Source: Vicugna vicugna (taxonomy: Eukaryota). From it: a DNA stretch of 64,000 nt. The notes under the pieces were generated by a model. It was not told where the DNA came from. It was given only the letters and a program-made list of their open reading frames with translations, and searched no databases. The stretch spans positions 12,174,184 through 12,238,183 of the forward strand of contig MU058844.1 in the NCBI GenBank assembly GCA_013265495.1, read 5' to 3'. Shown here piece by piece: positions 62,108-64,000 of the stretch. Numbering within the stretch: the stretch's first letter is position 1; each line of letters starts with the position of its first letter. Both the position numbers and the translations under genes were made by a program.

Positions 62108-62613
62108 TTTGGAGGCAGCACCATGATCCCCTACAGATGGCCACATCCTATTCCCTGGAACCTGTGGATATATTACCCTACATGTCAAAAGGGACTTTAT
62201 AGATGTGATTATGCAAGGGATCTTGAGATGGGAAGATTATCAAGGCTCATCCAGGTGGATGTGACATAATCACAAGGGTCCTTATAAGGGAGGGGGAGAC
62301 GGGAGAGCCACAGTAGGAGAAAGAGATGAGGATAGATGCAGAGGTCAGAGAGAGAGGTGGAGATGGCATGCTTGCTGCTGGCTTTGGAAATGGAGGAGGG
62401 GGGCATAAGCCAAGGAATGTGGGCGGCCTTTTAGAAAAAGCAAGAGAATACATTCTCCTCTAGAATATCCAAAAGGAACCCAGCCCTACTGACACCTAGA
62501 TTTTAGGATTTTTAAACTTTAAGAAGTATCTTTTCATTTATAACTGTAACAAATTGTTTTAAGCTACTACAGTGGTGTTAAGTTGTTAACAGCAGCAACA
62601 GGATACTAACACA
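62108..62613 (+). mobile_element. ERVL-MaLR solo LTR (MLT1D-like)
   Basis: 'ccacatcctattccctggaacctgtggatatattaccctacatgtcaaaagggacttt...gcagcaacaggatactaacaca'; TSD ccacc/ctacc. Confidence 0.9.
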
Positions 62614-64000
62614 CTACCTTCTTGACATATTAAATGGGGAAGTGTGTGCCAAATACATGGCACAATTGGCTCTGAATAAATGATGGCTGCTGAATTATGA
62701 CAGATGCCAGTGACTAGGGGACTCCGTGCCTCTCAGAGCAACCACAGTCATCTAGTATTCCACTGCAGCTCGTGTCTGTTACCTGCAGCAACCTGCATGC
62801 CTCCTACCCCGAGTCAAGCAGTTCTAGATACATGTCATCCCCTAACCATTCATTTATCTCAGATAACTGTACCTGAAATAGTCCACGTAACTCAATGAAC
62901 TTGGAAGGGAGGGAACCATCAACCAAGAAGCAGCTGAATTTTGAAGATGAGCAAATCCAGACAGGACTATCATTAGCCCAAGGCAGTCTTGTAACTCAAA
63001 GCAGGAGGGGAAAAAAAAAACTCATAGTGCTTCAAAAAAAAAAAAAAAGAAGAAACAGCATGTCTATCTGCCTCGAGTCGGGTCTAAGAGCCTACAAACC
63101 TGACAGCCTCTCCGACGAGGACCCTCCAGATGATTACTGAGAAGGGCTGAGACACAAAAATTCAAGAGCCTGCCGCCCCGGTCAATAACAAGGGAAACGC
63201 CAAATCGGGAGGATCAATGGAAGATGGTGTCTCCTCTCTCCTGATCCAGTTAACGTCCAGAGTGGATGAAGTGTCACCATCACTCTTGGCAGCGTATCTG
63301 CCAGTACCTGGAGGGCTGTGTTGACTTCATTCTACCTTCCTTGCAAGGAGCTTGGCTTCCTGCTGCTGGGTGTTGCAGACCTACAGGAGAGGAGGCTTTG
63401 AGAGGACGACACAGACACAGTGATGAGGGCGATCTCGGGAACAACACCGCCAAATCACGTGCGGGAAGATGGATGGAGCATCTGCAGTGAAGAGACTGGA
63501 AACGGAAAAGAGTGCAGCAGAGAAACACAAGGACAGAGGACAAATGATAGAATTAACTGCTGATTCACGTTTGGGAAATTCATAAGCATATCAGGGCTGT
63601 TACTGTCTTACGTGCCTTCATACACCTCCCTGCAAACAGCCTTATCTTTCCCCCGTGAATGACAAGGGTCTCAGCACTGCGGTGTTCTTGATGATGGTGC
63701 AGGGTCAGGGGACAACAATGTCTGATTTCATATTTGTTTCTAAAGACTGCATTTCCACCTCTGTATTTATATTCTGCAGGTTCTGGTCTTCCCAACAAAA
63801 AACAGGAAAAAGGTTAGAAGAAATACAATTAACCCAAGCTCCTACTCCAGATGGAAAGACAAAATAGGAGTTAAAAAAAAAGGAGAGGCACAAACAAACA
63901 GATGAAGCCCCAAAGAATACCCTAGGTGAGATTATCTCCTGCTGCTGCTGCTGTGAGGATTTGCATTTGCCCTGATGCCTCCTGGACAAAGATGCGGCAT

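Noticed and set aside
1..64000. Prokaryote-type systems (operons, CRISPR arrays, defence islands) or a novel multi-gene system
   Set aside because: The sequence is mammalian non-coding DNA with no repeat-spacer arrays or gene-dense segments; I could not identify the host gene, so no symbol is given

Overview
Mammalian (eutherian) non-coding genomic DNA, most likely from a camelid: two tRNA-derived SINEs resemble the camelid vic-1 family, and the LINE-1 3' ends and Tigger1a-type elements look artiodactyl. I recognise no host protein-coding exon. The only convincing protein homology is to LINE-1 ORF2. Recognisable content is mostly transposable elements: many L1 fragments, one near full-length ancient L1, a twin-primed L1 carrying four nested inserts, MIR/L2 relics, MaLR solo LTRs, and hAT-Charlie and TcMar DNA elements. 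There is also a 745-N assembly gap. Most L1 copies lie on the + strand, which suggests (inference) a long intron of a minus-strand gene. The most interesting non-TE signals are a CpG-rich CTCF motif (~29.38 kb), a TE-poor ~6 kb block with MEIS/PBX-HOX/RFX motifs, a 21-nt microexon-like element (50118-50138), and several exon-like segments with good splice signals. I found no evidence of a novel multi-gene system. Repeat subfamily names come from my recall of consensus sequences and need confirming with RepeatMasker/Dfam.
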